From: a virus
Length of the DNA stretch: 64,000 nucleotides
Virus record (IMG/VR): IMGVR_UViG_3300029121_000001
Direction: 5' to 3' (one strand)
Both the position numbers and the translations under genes were made by a program. Below are positions 1 to 9,700 of this stretch, one piece after another. Positions within the stretch are counted from its first letter, which is position 1, and each line of letters opens with the position of its first letter. The notes beneath the pieces were generated by a model. That model did not search any database. It saw only the letters and a program-made list of their open reading frames with translations, and had not been told where the DNA came from.

Positions 1-1
1 C

Positions 2-133
2 CAGCATATCTATAAACTGGATGATTCTCAGATTCCTATTCATACAGCTCCAGAATTCTTGAATGTAAATAATGTACTCTCTAATGATGGTACTACAACT
101 CCTGATATCAATATCTATGTATCTGAAATTTAA
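2..133 (+). CDS. 3' end of a CDS that begins upstream of the window (function unknown)
   Basis: Frame is open from the window edge to TAA at 131-133 (..TTPDINIYVSEI*). The RBS of the next gene follows directly. Confidence 0.4.
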   Translation, partial: QHIYKLDDSQIPIHTAPEFLNVNNVLSNDGTTTPDINIYVSEI

Positions 134-153
134 TTATATAGGAGGATATTACA

Positions 154-1080
154 ATGAGTCTCAAGGAAGATCGCGAATATCTTACAAATAAGCGTAAGGA
201 AAAAGAAGAAGCGGTAAAAGCTACTATTCAGAAGAAGCGTGAAGAGCTCAATAAGCGTATTGTTGATCGTGAAGATGCAAAAGCTAAGCACGAAGCAGCT
301 GTTAATGGACTTTATAATTTCAAGCATGATGTTAAGAAGTCTCTTATTAAGAAGATGCTCATGGAGTTGTGCGTAGGTTCTATTCCCAATTATACTCAAC
401 GTGAGTATGCTATCTGTGAGAACCTTATTGAAAATTATATCAATGAGGTTGGAGAACCTATTATTCTAAAGAATATGAGATTCTCTGAAAATGGTTTCCT
501 TCGTACTTGCTATAATCAGATTGATAAGCACTTTAAGGCTATTACAGAAGATGCTACTATTGAGCCTGAAACTCAATATATTGATTCTAATAGTCTTGAT
601 AGTTTCTGGGATGATATTGATGACACAGAAAACGTTGATGATATTACTAGTCTGATTCGTATGCGTGTATCTGATGCTGAAGAGAATTTCATCAATAAAA
701 ATCAGCAGGATAAGGAGAACGTTAAGACTGTTCTACAGCAAACTGCTTCTCGTATCCAGATGGCTAAGGGTACTAATGATAATGATTATGCAGAGGAAGT
801 CGAGGAATCTGAAACTCGTCTTGCTAAGAATAAAATTTATCAAATTCAGCATGAAGGCCATCGTAGCGTATTTGATCGTATGGTTCGCAATCTATCTGAA
901 GCTGCCCTCAAAAATGAAGATGCTAAGGGCACTCTGATTGATGAGAGTGGTAAGCTTGATATGGATGCAATTGTGGAATCTGCTCGTTGCATGTATGCTC
1001 TACTCGAAACTGTTAGTACTATTCAGCTTGAAAAGGTTGATATTAAGTATATTGAAGATACGCTAAAGTCTATTAAGTAA
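154..1080 (+). CDS. hypothetical protein, charged and coiled-coil-like (308 aa)
   Basis: ATG preceded by a TAGGAGGAT RBS. Long ORF in AT-rich DNA. Hairpin terminator follows. Confidence 0.85.
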   Translation: MSLKEDREYLTNKRKEKEEAVKATIQKKREELNKRIVDREDAKAKHEAAVNGLYNFKHDVKKSLIKKMLMELCVGSIPNYTQREYAICENLIENYINEVGEPIILKNMRFSENGFLRTCYNQIDKHFKAITEDATIEPETQYIDSNSLDSFWDDIDDTENVDDITSLIRMRVSDAEENFINKNQQDKENVKTVLQQTASRIQMAKGTNDNDYAEEVEESETRLAKNKIYQIQHEGHRSVFDRMVRNLSEAALKNEDAKGTLIDESGKLDMDAIVESARCMYALLETVSTIQLEKVDIKYIEDTLKSIK

Positions 1081-1088
1081 AAAAAAAT

Positions 1089-1127
1089 AAAGCCGGGTGG
1101 ATATTTAGTCCACTCGGCTTTTTATTT
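1089..1127. terminator. bidirectional rho-independent terminator between convergent genes
   Basis: Stem AAGCCGGGTGGA / TCCACTCGGCTT (one G.U pair), flanked by an A-run upstream and TTTTATTT downstream. Confidence 0.75.
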
Positions 1128-1884
1128 AGTAATTTATTTTACCAGAATAATTAATATTGTATCTATGATGATCAAGATAGACATTATCTGGTCCTAACGG
1201 TTTATCGATATCTATTCTATGAATAAAAATACGCTTATGAGTACCATCATTCATAAGTTTTTCGTATAGTGGCTTACAGTAATTCACAAAATTATGAATA
1301 GCAGATATAGGATCATCATTATTAAGCCACTCTTTAGAAACTTGGAACCCTGAAATGGAAGATTCACCGGCACAAGCAGCGATATGATTATATGTACTAT
1401 TTAATGTAACCATAACAGGATCTCTACCAACAGTTATCCCATGCTTTACGTTTGAAAGATTACATTGCCCGCATGTATTTATATATCCACAAGTAACTAT
1501 ATATAGCTTAAGATCTATTATTCTCCCACAATCACACTCACATCTTACAATAGGTCTATGACGTATACGACCATTATCATGACTAGAAGAAAGAGTAGTT
1601 ATTCTTCCTACGAATGATCGTATTGTTAAATGACCATATTTTTTATTAATATATTTATCTACAGTTTTCTTTGCATGTTCAACACAATATAAGTTACATG
1701 ATTTTGAGCATGCTTTTGGAGAATGTAATACATTCTTTAGTATCTTATCGTATTCCTTGCCGCAGTCACATTTAACTCTTACTTTTGATTGCCTAATAAT
1801 TGTATTAGGTTCTACAACTCCAATAACTGTTAAACATCCAAATTTTTTGTTTATAAAATCATTTAAGTTTTTCTTTTCACTCAT
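1126..1884 (-). CDS. zinc-ribbon repeat protein (repeated G-x-LT-[IV]..C-x-C-D-C-G..C-x-x-C modules), function unknown
   Basis: 252-aa ORF. Modules: KKFGCLTVIG..VKCDCGKEY..CSKSC and KKYGHLTIRS..VRCECDCGRI..CGQC. The same module occurs in the 24506-25711 protein. Confidence 0.75.
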   Translation of the reverse strand: MSEKKNLNDFINKKFGCLTVIGVVEPNTIIRQSKVRVKCDCGKEYDKILKNVLHSPKACSKSCNLYCVEHAKKTVDKYINKKYGHLTIRSFVGRITTLSSSHDNGRIRHRPIVRCECDCGRIIDLKLYIVTCGYINTCGQCNLSNVKHGITVGRDPVMVTLNSTYNHIAACAGESSISGFQVSKEWLNNDDPISAIHNFVNYCKPLYEKLMNDGTHKRIFIHRIDIDKPLGPDNVYLDHHRYNINYSGKINY

Positions 1885-1967
1885 AATAATTCTCTTCTTT
1901 CTTTTTAATATTTTTGATAAGAGGTTTCATTCTTATCAATTTTATAATATCTATTTGAAATAAAATA

Positions 1968-2000
1968 AAAGGAGTAGATCGCAATGATCTACTCCTGTTT
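1968..2000 (-). terminator. rho-independent terminator after the 2001-2603 gene
   Basis: Stem GGAGTAGATC / GATCTACTCC (1971-1980 / 1986-1995), with A/T runs on both sides. Confidence 0.7.
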
Positions 2001-2603
2001 TTATTCATCAGATTCTAGTTTCACTTTAAGAATAAAGTTTCTTTTATATACTTCTTGAAGTTTGCGAGACTTTCTCATCTCAGTATCATGAATAAGTCGC
2101 TGTTTATGGGTATAGCAAGGAAGTCTTCTAAAATCATTTAGAACTTTAACCTTATATTTATCATGAGATATAATGTACTTTAGCATACTCAGAATATCAG
2201 ATTTACCACGATATTTCTGAATATGATAATGATGAACTAGATGACCATTCTTAATGGGTAGCTCACCATAATTTTCAGTATTCGCATGATACAGCATAAG
2301 ATCTGTTGCTCTAGGTCTTGCACAAATCTTCCAAGAAGAAAATACATTATCAATGTACATTGCTCCGCCTTCAATATACATTTTCAGATAATGAGAGCAT
2401 AAATAACTATCTATATTTACTCGATCTTCATTATACTTAATAATTATTCTAGAGCAAAGTGGACATTGATAATATCCTTGTTCTTCTGCTTCATCTATAC
2501 TATTGAATTCAATTCTATTGTTTGGTTTAATATTCTTTGCACATTTGCAGTATTGATAATGAAATGCTTTAGTTTTTGAACCCTTCGATGCAACTAATTT
2601 CAT
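2001..2603 (-). CDS. hypothetical protein with Cys-rich N-terminus (200 aa)
   Basis: Long ORF. Its start overlaps the stop of the upstream gene (ATGA-type coupling at 2600-2603). Confidence 0.75.
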   Translation of the reverse strand: MKLVASKGSKTKAFHYQYCKCAKNIKPNNRIEFNSIDEAEEQGYYQCPLCSRIIIKYNEDRVNIDSYLCSHYLKMYIEGGAMYIDNVFSSWKICARPRATDLMLYHANTENYGELPIKNGHLVHHYHIQKYRGKSDILSMLKYIISHDKYKVKVLNDFRRLPCYTHKQRLIHDTEMRKSRKLQEVYKRNFILKVKLESDE

Positions 2604-2935
2604 ATTTTCACCATCAGAGTGTTGTTTCCAACGTAAATAATATTTGCTAGATTATTAACAATAGAACTATCAATAGCAGAATCACCAATTTCATTAATAG
2701 CATATTCTAGAGCAGAAGAAACAGTAGAAGAATATTTAGTATCATTCGGATTATAATTTTCAATAGTAATATAGATATTAATACCACCAGTAGGATCGTA
2801 TCCAAAGCCTACATTGCCAATGCCATTTCTATTCATATATTCTGTAAACTTTCGAACAAATTCTTCAGAATTATAAATAGTGGATCGAAGATTACTAATA
2901 ATATTAGTAATCTCATCAGAGTAAGTTGCAGTCAT
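2600..2935 (-). CDS. hypothetical protein (111 aa)
   Basis: ORF tightly packed between neighbouring genes on the same strand. Confidence 0.7.
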   Translation of the reverse strand: MTATYSDEITNIISNLRSTIYNSEEFVRKFTEYMNRNGIGNVGFGYDPTGGINIYITIENYNPNDTKYSSTVSSALEYAINEIGDSAIDSSIVNNLANIIYVGNNTLMVKI

Positions 2936-3361
2936 TTATTTATCCTCCTTATTAGATTTATTCATATATTCTTTTAATTGCTCCTTAAGTTTAGGGTCAG
3001 AATTGATTAATAGCTGCTTATGGATATTCCAATTCTTAGATTCCATCTCAAGAATAAATGCCATATTACATGCAGCATGCCAAAGATGAGGAAGCCCAGA
3101 TTCTTCATCAAGTTCTTCACCTTCCTGATAAGCGATTAAATGACGCCACATAGCATCAATATATCTTTGTTTATCTACTAGAACCCAGTTATTAGGAGCA
3201 TGATATTTTTCTTCACCATATTTTCTAATAGCTGCAATATTCCTAATGATTTCCATAGGTACTAAAGAGATAGGAAGTTTTCCTTTATCTGCTTTAGCAC
3301 ACTGAATATTTTTTGACATACCTGTACATTCATTAGATTCATTAAATAAAAGATCTTCCAT
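2936..3361 (-). CDS. DUF5664 / MazZ-N-like (dATP/dGTP diphosphohydrolase N-terminal-type) nucleotide pyrophosphohydrolase domain protein
   Basis: KGKLPISLVP..IRKYGEEKY..NNW..AMWRHLIAY..GEELDEESGLPHLWHAACNMAFILE matches my memory of the family pattern K-L-R-x-D-L-[IL]-P .. YG..KY..NW .. RH .. ESGLPHLAHAACN. AGGAG RBS present. Confidence 0.55.
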   Translation of the reverse strand: MEDLLFNESNECTGMSKNIQCAKADKGKLPISLVPMEIIRNIAAIRKYGEEKYHAPNNWVLVDKQRYIDAMWRHLIAYQEGEELDEESGLPHLWHAACNMAFILEMESKNWNIHKQLLINSDPKLKEQLKEYMNKSNKEDK

Positions 3362-3377
3362 TTTATAATACTCTCCT

Positions 3378-4112
3378 TTATATAGGATTACCCATATTAT
3401 CCAAATAGCTTACACCAAATTCTTGTTTATAATCTTTTCGATTAACGATCTGATTATATTGATAAGAATTTGTAATGTAATTTAAATATCTAATATATAT
3501 TTCAAGTCTAGGTAATACTGAGTAATATTTATGTATATCAGCATCTACTATTAGACTATCATCAAGCCAAATATTATAATTAAATGCATCATAATATTTC
3601 TTTTCAATATTATCTACATCTGGTTTCTGCATTGGTCTATGAAGACCAATTTCGGCAAGTATAGTATCTGCTTGATTGAAATAAGACGGTGTATGCGAAA
3701 ATGTGTTTATTGATACTTGCATAGGTGTAGAAATTAGCCCATTAAGCTGAATTAATTCTTGATCTACTAATCTATGCATAAATCGATGATCATCTGCTGC
3801 ATTAGGAGAATATACATGAACAAAATCTCTTGCTTGAATAGCCATGTTCATATAATTTTTCCTATTTACTAATCTGAATCTTGGTCGCTTAGCTCCTTCA
3901 GGATCTTCATATAAAACAAGTTTATATGTATAATACTGAAGATAAGTTTCCATATTTCTTTTCTTTTCAATTATATCATTCATTTTGGAAGGGGTCAATT
4001 TGAATTGATCTATTAGCCAAGCTAATCTCTGATCATTATCTCTTGGAATAAATCCATATTTCAAATCATATTCTTCCGCTTTTTCTTTTCTCGATTTACT
4101 CAAAGGAAACAC
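3378..4112 (-). CDS. rusA: RusA-like Holliday junction resolvase domain protein with N-terminal extension (244 aa)
   Basis: QKPDVDNIEKKYYDAFNYNIWLDDSLIVD parallels the E. coli RusA core [30 protein letters not shown]. Confidence 0.55.
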   Translation of the reverse strand: MFPLSKSRKEKAEEYDLKYGFIPRDNDQRLAWLIDQFKLTPSKMNDIIEKKRNMETYLQYYTYKLVLYEDPEGAKRPRFRLVNRKNYMNMAIQARDFVHVYSPNAADDHRFMHRLVDQELIQLNGLISTPMQVSINTFSHTPSYFNQADTILAEIGLHRPMQKPDVDNIEKKYYDAFNYNIWLDDSLIVDADIHKYYSVLPRLEIYIRYLNYITNSYQYNQIVNRKDYKQEFGVSYLDNMGNPI

Positions 4113-4149
4113 ACCTCCTTTCGATTTTTATTAATCTACCGTTATTGGT

Positions 4150-4200
4150 ACTTTTAAAAATAAAAAATAAAAGGAAGTAGATTTTGATTTCTACTTCCTT
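4150..4200 (-). terminator. rho-independent terminator after the 4276-5031 gene
   Basis: Stem AAGGAAGTAGA / TCTACTTCCTT (4171-4181 / 4190-4200), followed by a long T-run on the minus strand. Confidence 0.7.
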
Positions 4201-4275
4201 CTAATTAATTATTTGTATGATCTAATTTTAGAATAATCTGGTTGACAGCAATCATCAGGAACTGTTCCATTTCTA

Positions 4276-5031
4276 TTATTCAAATATAAATCTCATCTTT
4301 TTGTTATTATAATATAATGCTTTATAATTATTATCATTATTTTTACCAACATGCAATGCATGCATTGCAATATATTGATATAAATATAGATATGGGTTAT
4401 TAATTGGAGAACCCCATCTTATTTTATTATTGATAATATTATATATCTCTTCTCTAAACGATCTATTAATTTTAGGATCGCAGACTATTACAACTCCTCT
4501 TGTTTCATTAATATTGACTCGTATACTATTATATTCCGGTACATCAATATTTACAATTAATCCAGAGGAAAGTGGATTTGCTATTTTAAATCTTCCATTT
4601 CCAATAGGTAAATCAATTGTATCAGGAATAATAGCATCAAATATATTGTCAATAGTTATAGAATCGATATAATTTGGACAAGTAGTAGGTGTTTCCCATT
4701 TAGAATATACAATATTTCCATCACTAGAATCCCAAGCATTATTTAATTCTTCCCAATTATCATGCATAAATTTATCAATGATCATACATTGATATTTATC
4801 AAAGAATTCTGCAGGTTTACCAAAATATTCATTTTTGTAAAGTTTAATGCATATGTCAGAATATCCATTAGTACAAATATGAATATGAGGTTCTACAAAT
4901 CCTTCCATTCCATATACTCTAGCAATACTTCTTTTAAGAGGAAATAATTCAGCTGGAATTATAAATTCATGCACATCAAGCGAATAAAATAAATCATCGT
5001 TATTCTGTTTTCCTGGCCTATTATAATCCAT
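4276..5031 (-). CDS. hypothetical protein (251 aa), in the tail-module position
   Basis: Long ORF downstream of the tape-measure cluster. Confidence 0.75.
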   Translation of the reverse strand: MDYNRPGKQNNDDLFYSLDVHEFIIPAELFPLKRSIARVYGMEGFVEPHIHICTNGYSDICIKLYKNEYFGKPAEFFDKYQCMIIDKFMHDNWEELNNAWDSSDGNIVYSKWETPTTCPNYIDSITIDNIFDAIIPDTIDLPIGNGRFKIANPLSSGLIVNIDVPEYNSIRVNINETRGVVIVCDPKINRSFREEIYNIINNKIRWGSPINNPYLYLYQYIAMHALHVGKNNDNNYKALYYNNKKMRFIFE

Positions 5032-5163
5032 AAGTTTATCCTTTCTAAATTATAAATAAAATTTAATATGAATATCCTCCTTAAATATTCATATTTATAA
5101 TATCTAAATATTATAAATAATAAAACAAAATCTGGAAGGGAGTTATTCCCTTCCAGAATATTT

Positions 5164-6672
5164 TTATGACAAGAATCTTGTATCACTAAATTTAGAGAAT
5201 ATATGTTTTGCAGCGGCTTTATTAGCAGTATTTTTAATACCGCCCCAGAAATAATCACCCCAATCATTAAATGTATTTCCAATGATTTGTAGAGCAAGTT
5301 TAACCTGTCTAGTTGGTTCAAATTCATTTAGATCAACGCCAGCCATTGTAGCCAGGTAATCCATCTGAGCAGTATTGGTTAGCAGACCCATGCGCTTAGA
5401 AATTTGCATAGATCCATATAGATCTTTTAGGCTAAGTGTAACGTCTGCTACAGTAGGCATACCCATAGAATTCCAGTTACCAGATCCACCCTTGCTAATT
5501 GATAGACCAGTAATTATACCCATATCACAGCTAAAGATAGATTTATAAGTAGCTCTTACAATAAAGGGAGATTCATATGAGTTAGAACTATTACCGATCT
5601 GTCTAGGAGCTGCCATAGATATTAAGAGAATAATAGGCATGTATATATTAAGAAAAATACTAACAGGATCTGGATCGGGAGATCTTAGTTTGATATTAAT
5701 ATCATAAGATCTATCATATTCGGATTCAGACCAAATCTCAGGGAACACAATCTTACCACCAGTAATAATTGTAGTAAGTTCACCTGAAATTCTACTAATC
5801 ATACTCTTTCCAGCAAAAGCTTCACTTAATCCACCAATAGCATCAGTAACCGCTTGAGATACATCAGTTGTAGCTTGCTGAATATTTCCAGCTAGACCAC
5901 CAAAATCTTTAGATCCCATAATAAATTGAATTTCTCTAGCATTCTGAGAATATTGATTAACAGTTTGCGACAATGCAGATTCAGTAGTACTATTAGAAAA
6001 ACTTTCACTAATAGAATTTTCTGCATCTAGAAAGAACGGCACAGTAACTTGTGTACCAAAGAATTTAGAGAATCCACTATTTAAAAATCTTTCAATATCC
6101 ATCTTTCCTAGTCTAATATTTCCACCACCACCAGGAATAGGAATTTCAACTTTATCGATTCCCATATATAATGCAAGCGCTCTTAGAGAAGCATTTGCAT
6201 ATTTTTTATATTCAGGAAAATTCGATTCAAAAGAATAATATCTACCATCATCTAGTTCAGTTTCATCTTGATCTAGATCAAGCATACCTGCTAATTTAGC
6301 AGCAGTGGTTTGTCTAATACTCTTGTATTTATTATTTCCATAGTCAGCCATAAACTTAGGTTCACCAGGAGATAGAAATAGAATAGGCATAATAGAAAAA
6401 ATCTTACTATTATACTTTCTTCCAATATGAGTATCGACTCCATTCTCATGAATAGTAGGATCTACATCAGCAGAAAATTGATACGGCAAACCAAATATAC
6501 CAGAAATATTTGTAGCAAGATTGTGAAATCCAGGTTGAGATAGACCATGTTGAATGTCACTAATGAATTTATTTGTATTAGCTTCTTGATTAGCAGCATC
6601 ATCACTATTAGTATCTGATGCACTATTGTCATATTCAAGAACTGTTCCACCATATGCTGCAATAACTGCCAT
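5164..6672 (-). CDS. hypothetical virion/tail-associated protein (502 aa); function guessed from position only
   Basis: Long ORF immediately downstream of the tape-measure-like gene. AGGAGAAAC RBS region present. Confidence 0.8.
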   Translation of the reverse strand: MAVIAAYGGTVLEYDNSASDTNSDDAANQEANTNKFISDIQHGLSQPGFHNLATNISGIFGLPYQFSADVDPTIHENGVDTHIGRKYNSKIFSIMPILFLSPGEPKFMADYGNNKYKSIRQTTAAKLAGMLDLDQDETELDDGRYYSFESNFPEYKKYANASLRALALYMGIDKVEIPIPGGGGNIRLGKMDIERFLNSGFSKFFGTQVTVPFFLDAENSISESFSNSTTESALSQTVNQYSQNAREIQFIMGSKDFGGLAGNIQQATTDVSQAVTDAIGGLSEAFAGKSMISRISGELTTIITGGKIVFPEIWSESEYDRSYDINIKLRSPDPDPVSIFLNIYMPIILLISMAAPRQIGNSSNSYESPFIVRATYKSIFSCDMGIITGLSISKGGSGNWNSMGMPTVADVTLSLKDLYGSMQISKRMGLLTNTAQMDYLATMAGVDLNEFEPTRQVKLALQIIGNTFNDWGDYFWGGIKNTANKAAAKHIFSKFSDTRFLS

Positions 6673-6744
6673 AATTGTTTCTCCTTTCTTATTAGAAAAT
6701 ATTAATAAGGAGTTGGGCCGTGAGACCCAACTCCATTATTTTAA

Positions 6745-9700
6745 TTACGGTGTAGATGCAAGAGCTTCAACTTTTGCTTTCATATTTCTGAGTTGTTCCA
6801 TAATATTATTTTGAATATCTTGTGCAGAATTATTAATATCTCCAATACTAGACGCAGCACCACCAGCAGAAGATGCTAGTTGTGCAATAGATCCCATATT
6901 GTTAATAATGCCATTCAAAATACTTGCAATAGCAGGTAGAGAACTGTTATTATTAGTATTTTGAGTAATCTGTTCTAGATATTTAATAATAATATCAAGT
7001 TTTTCAACATCAGACAAACTAGAAGTATTAACTGTAGTTGCTACAGTATCAATATCAGAAGCAGAGCCTCTAGACAAAGCTTTCTTTCTAACTACAGTAG
7101 GAGTAGAAGAATGGTTAGGATTGGTGAAATCATGAGTAATAGGAATCTTAGTATTCTTAGTAGAAGAACCACTTCCAGATCTACGTGCAGCCACAGCAAT
7201 AGCTTCTTGATCAAGACGGTCAAGTGCACTACCAGTACCATGTAGAGCACTATATACCTCTTCAGCACCCTTCTTACGAACAGGATACCAAGTCTTATTA
7301 GTCTTAGCTTTTTCCATACCCAGACTAGGCATTTCATAATTTCCAAGTGCTGCAGCAGCTGCATCAGCAGGAGTTTTTGCACTCATTAGATTATTATATG
7401 CCTTAGTATACTTACCAGAATTTTTCAATTCATCATAAGCAAAATCAACCTGAGTATTTAGATCACCAACAGAAGTTCCCTTACTCTTAGCAAAAGCGAG
7501 TAGATTATGCTTACGATTACCGCTTCTAGGATTGCTATTGGCACCAGTCCACTGAGCCAAACCATATCCAACATCATCGTTAGCTTTATCAGGCCACTTA
7601 TTGTTAGAGTCTACATAATTAGTGTATTCTTTATCGCCGCCATACTTCTTTTCGAATTTGTTCTCAAGATTCATAGGATTGAAATTAGACTCGTTTTTCC
7701 AACAGCCCATAAGACCAGAAATACCAGTCTCACTCATTCCTTTACTCTTAAGACGTTTCCAGATAGCTTTAGCATTATCACTTGCATTTCCAGCATTAGG
7801 AGTAGCTACAGAATTATGGGAAGCATAGTATTCCTGAACAGCAGGATTATAAACAAATCCAAGGAATCTATACTTGGAATTTCCGCCCCAGTTTCCATCA
7901 CTACCCCTCTTACGAGATTTATACTTAAACTTGAAGGAGCTAAATCCAGATTCAGAATCCATAAGTTCATCACTGGAAATAACTTTCTCAACAACAGCAA
8001 CATGGCCAGCTCTACCAACAGTACTAGCCCAAACCATTATTGCACCTGCCTGAGGAGTAGAACCTGTTTGTAGACCAAATTTAGAAGCAAGAGCATACAT
8101 CTGTCCAGCATCTGCATGGAAGTCTCTATACCTCATGGTCTTTTCGCCCTTCATAATACTATAGATATGGTTAAAACGACCGCATGCCCAACCAACACAG
8201 TTAGAAAGAACTGAACAAGTAGGATCAGTAGGATTACCAAGTCTACAATTACTCTGTCCACCATGACTTTTAGTATTATAATAAGAGATGTAAGGATCAT
8301 TTGCCTTAGGCATTTCAGTACAGATCGGGAAAGGAGAATCTCCTGTGTATACATAGCCACCACCAGAAGAACTAGTGTCTCCATAGCTATATCCAGAAGA
8401 ATCGCCACTAGTAGAAGAGTTATTAAAGCCATTAAAAATAGTATTAACGATGGTACCAAATGTTCCACCAACTTTATTTGCTATTGCATTGAATCCTGCA
8501 CTAATACCGGTATTAATAATAGTAGATACATCCATACCACTATTACTAGTAGTAGAAGCTGTAGAACTATCAACATCAGAATCTCCACCTGCAACAACTC
8601 CAAGTTTAGTCTTCTGAAGAATACTCTTCTTATAGAGAGCAGTTCCCTTTAGTTCAGGATCATCAACAATAACATTTCCATTCTTATCCTTGCCTCTTGC
8701 CACAATGTAGTGAGGATTAGGTCCAAACGGACTATTGGTTTTAGATTTGTTTCCATCATCTTCACCAAGAAGAATAGTAGGTTTACCAGAAGAAATAGCA
8801 GAATTAATATCAGTCCTATTATCAGTATACTTAGTATCAATTCCATTTCTTCCAAGGATATCTCCAAAATAAGATGCATTAGTACCACGTTCAGATTTAG
8901 TGCTACCTGCAACATATCCCATCTTCTCAGCATATTTAGCAGTATCTGTAATATCAGTATTCTTGCCAAAAGCTTTCAAGACGGTAGATGCAACAGCAGG
9001 TCCACATCCATCTTGATCAATAGTGCTATTACCAAATTTAGTGAAGTTACCCTTTTGTGTTGTATGGATATCAGATCCAGATCCATTAAAGAAACTGAAA
9101 ATACCTTTCTTTTTCTTCTTAGAAGATTCGATCTTAGCTTTAGCGAGTTTAGCTTGATATGCCTTCTGGGAAGCACCAGATCCAGAGCCATACTTTGCAC
9201 CAGATGCTTCTTTGTTCAGATCAATATTAGATTTACTTGCAGATAGATTATCTTTTGTATCATCCTTACTAGTATCTTTATTCTTTCCTGTGAAGAAATT
9301 CTTGATATTAGTTACAGTTTTTCCAACAAAAGACTTAAACTTATCCTGAGTAGTACTCTTTCCAAGTACGTTATAAACATACTCTTCTACGTTATAAGTG
9401 TGGCCAGTTTCCTGGTTATAAGCTTCAACTGTTGCTTTAGCATCGGCTCTCTTATCAGCAAGAGTACGTGTTAGTCCCTTAAGAAAACGAGATAGAACAT
9501 TGAATACAATGTTAAAGATAGTAGTAGAACTAATAATGCCTCCAATACCAGGAATAGCGTAATTGATACCATTAACAGCAGCAGCTACACATCTTTCAGC
9601 AATAGTAGGCTTTTCAATAATTCCAAGGATACTCATAGCACGGGCATCTTCAAAACCATCTTCAACAGCTAGAGCAATCTGTCCTATATAAATAGCACCA

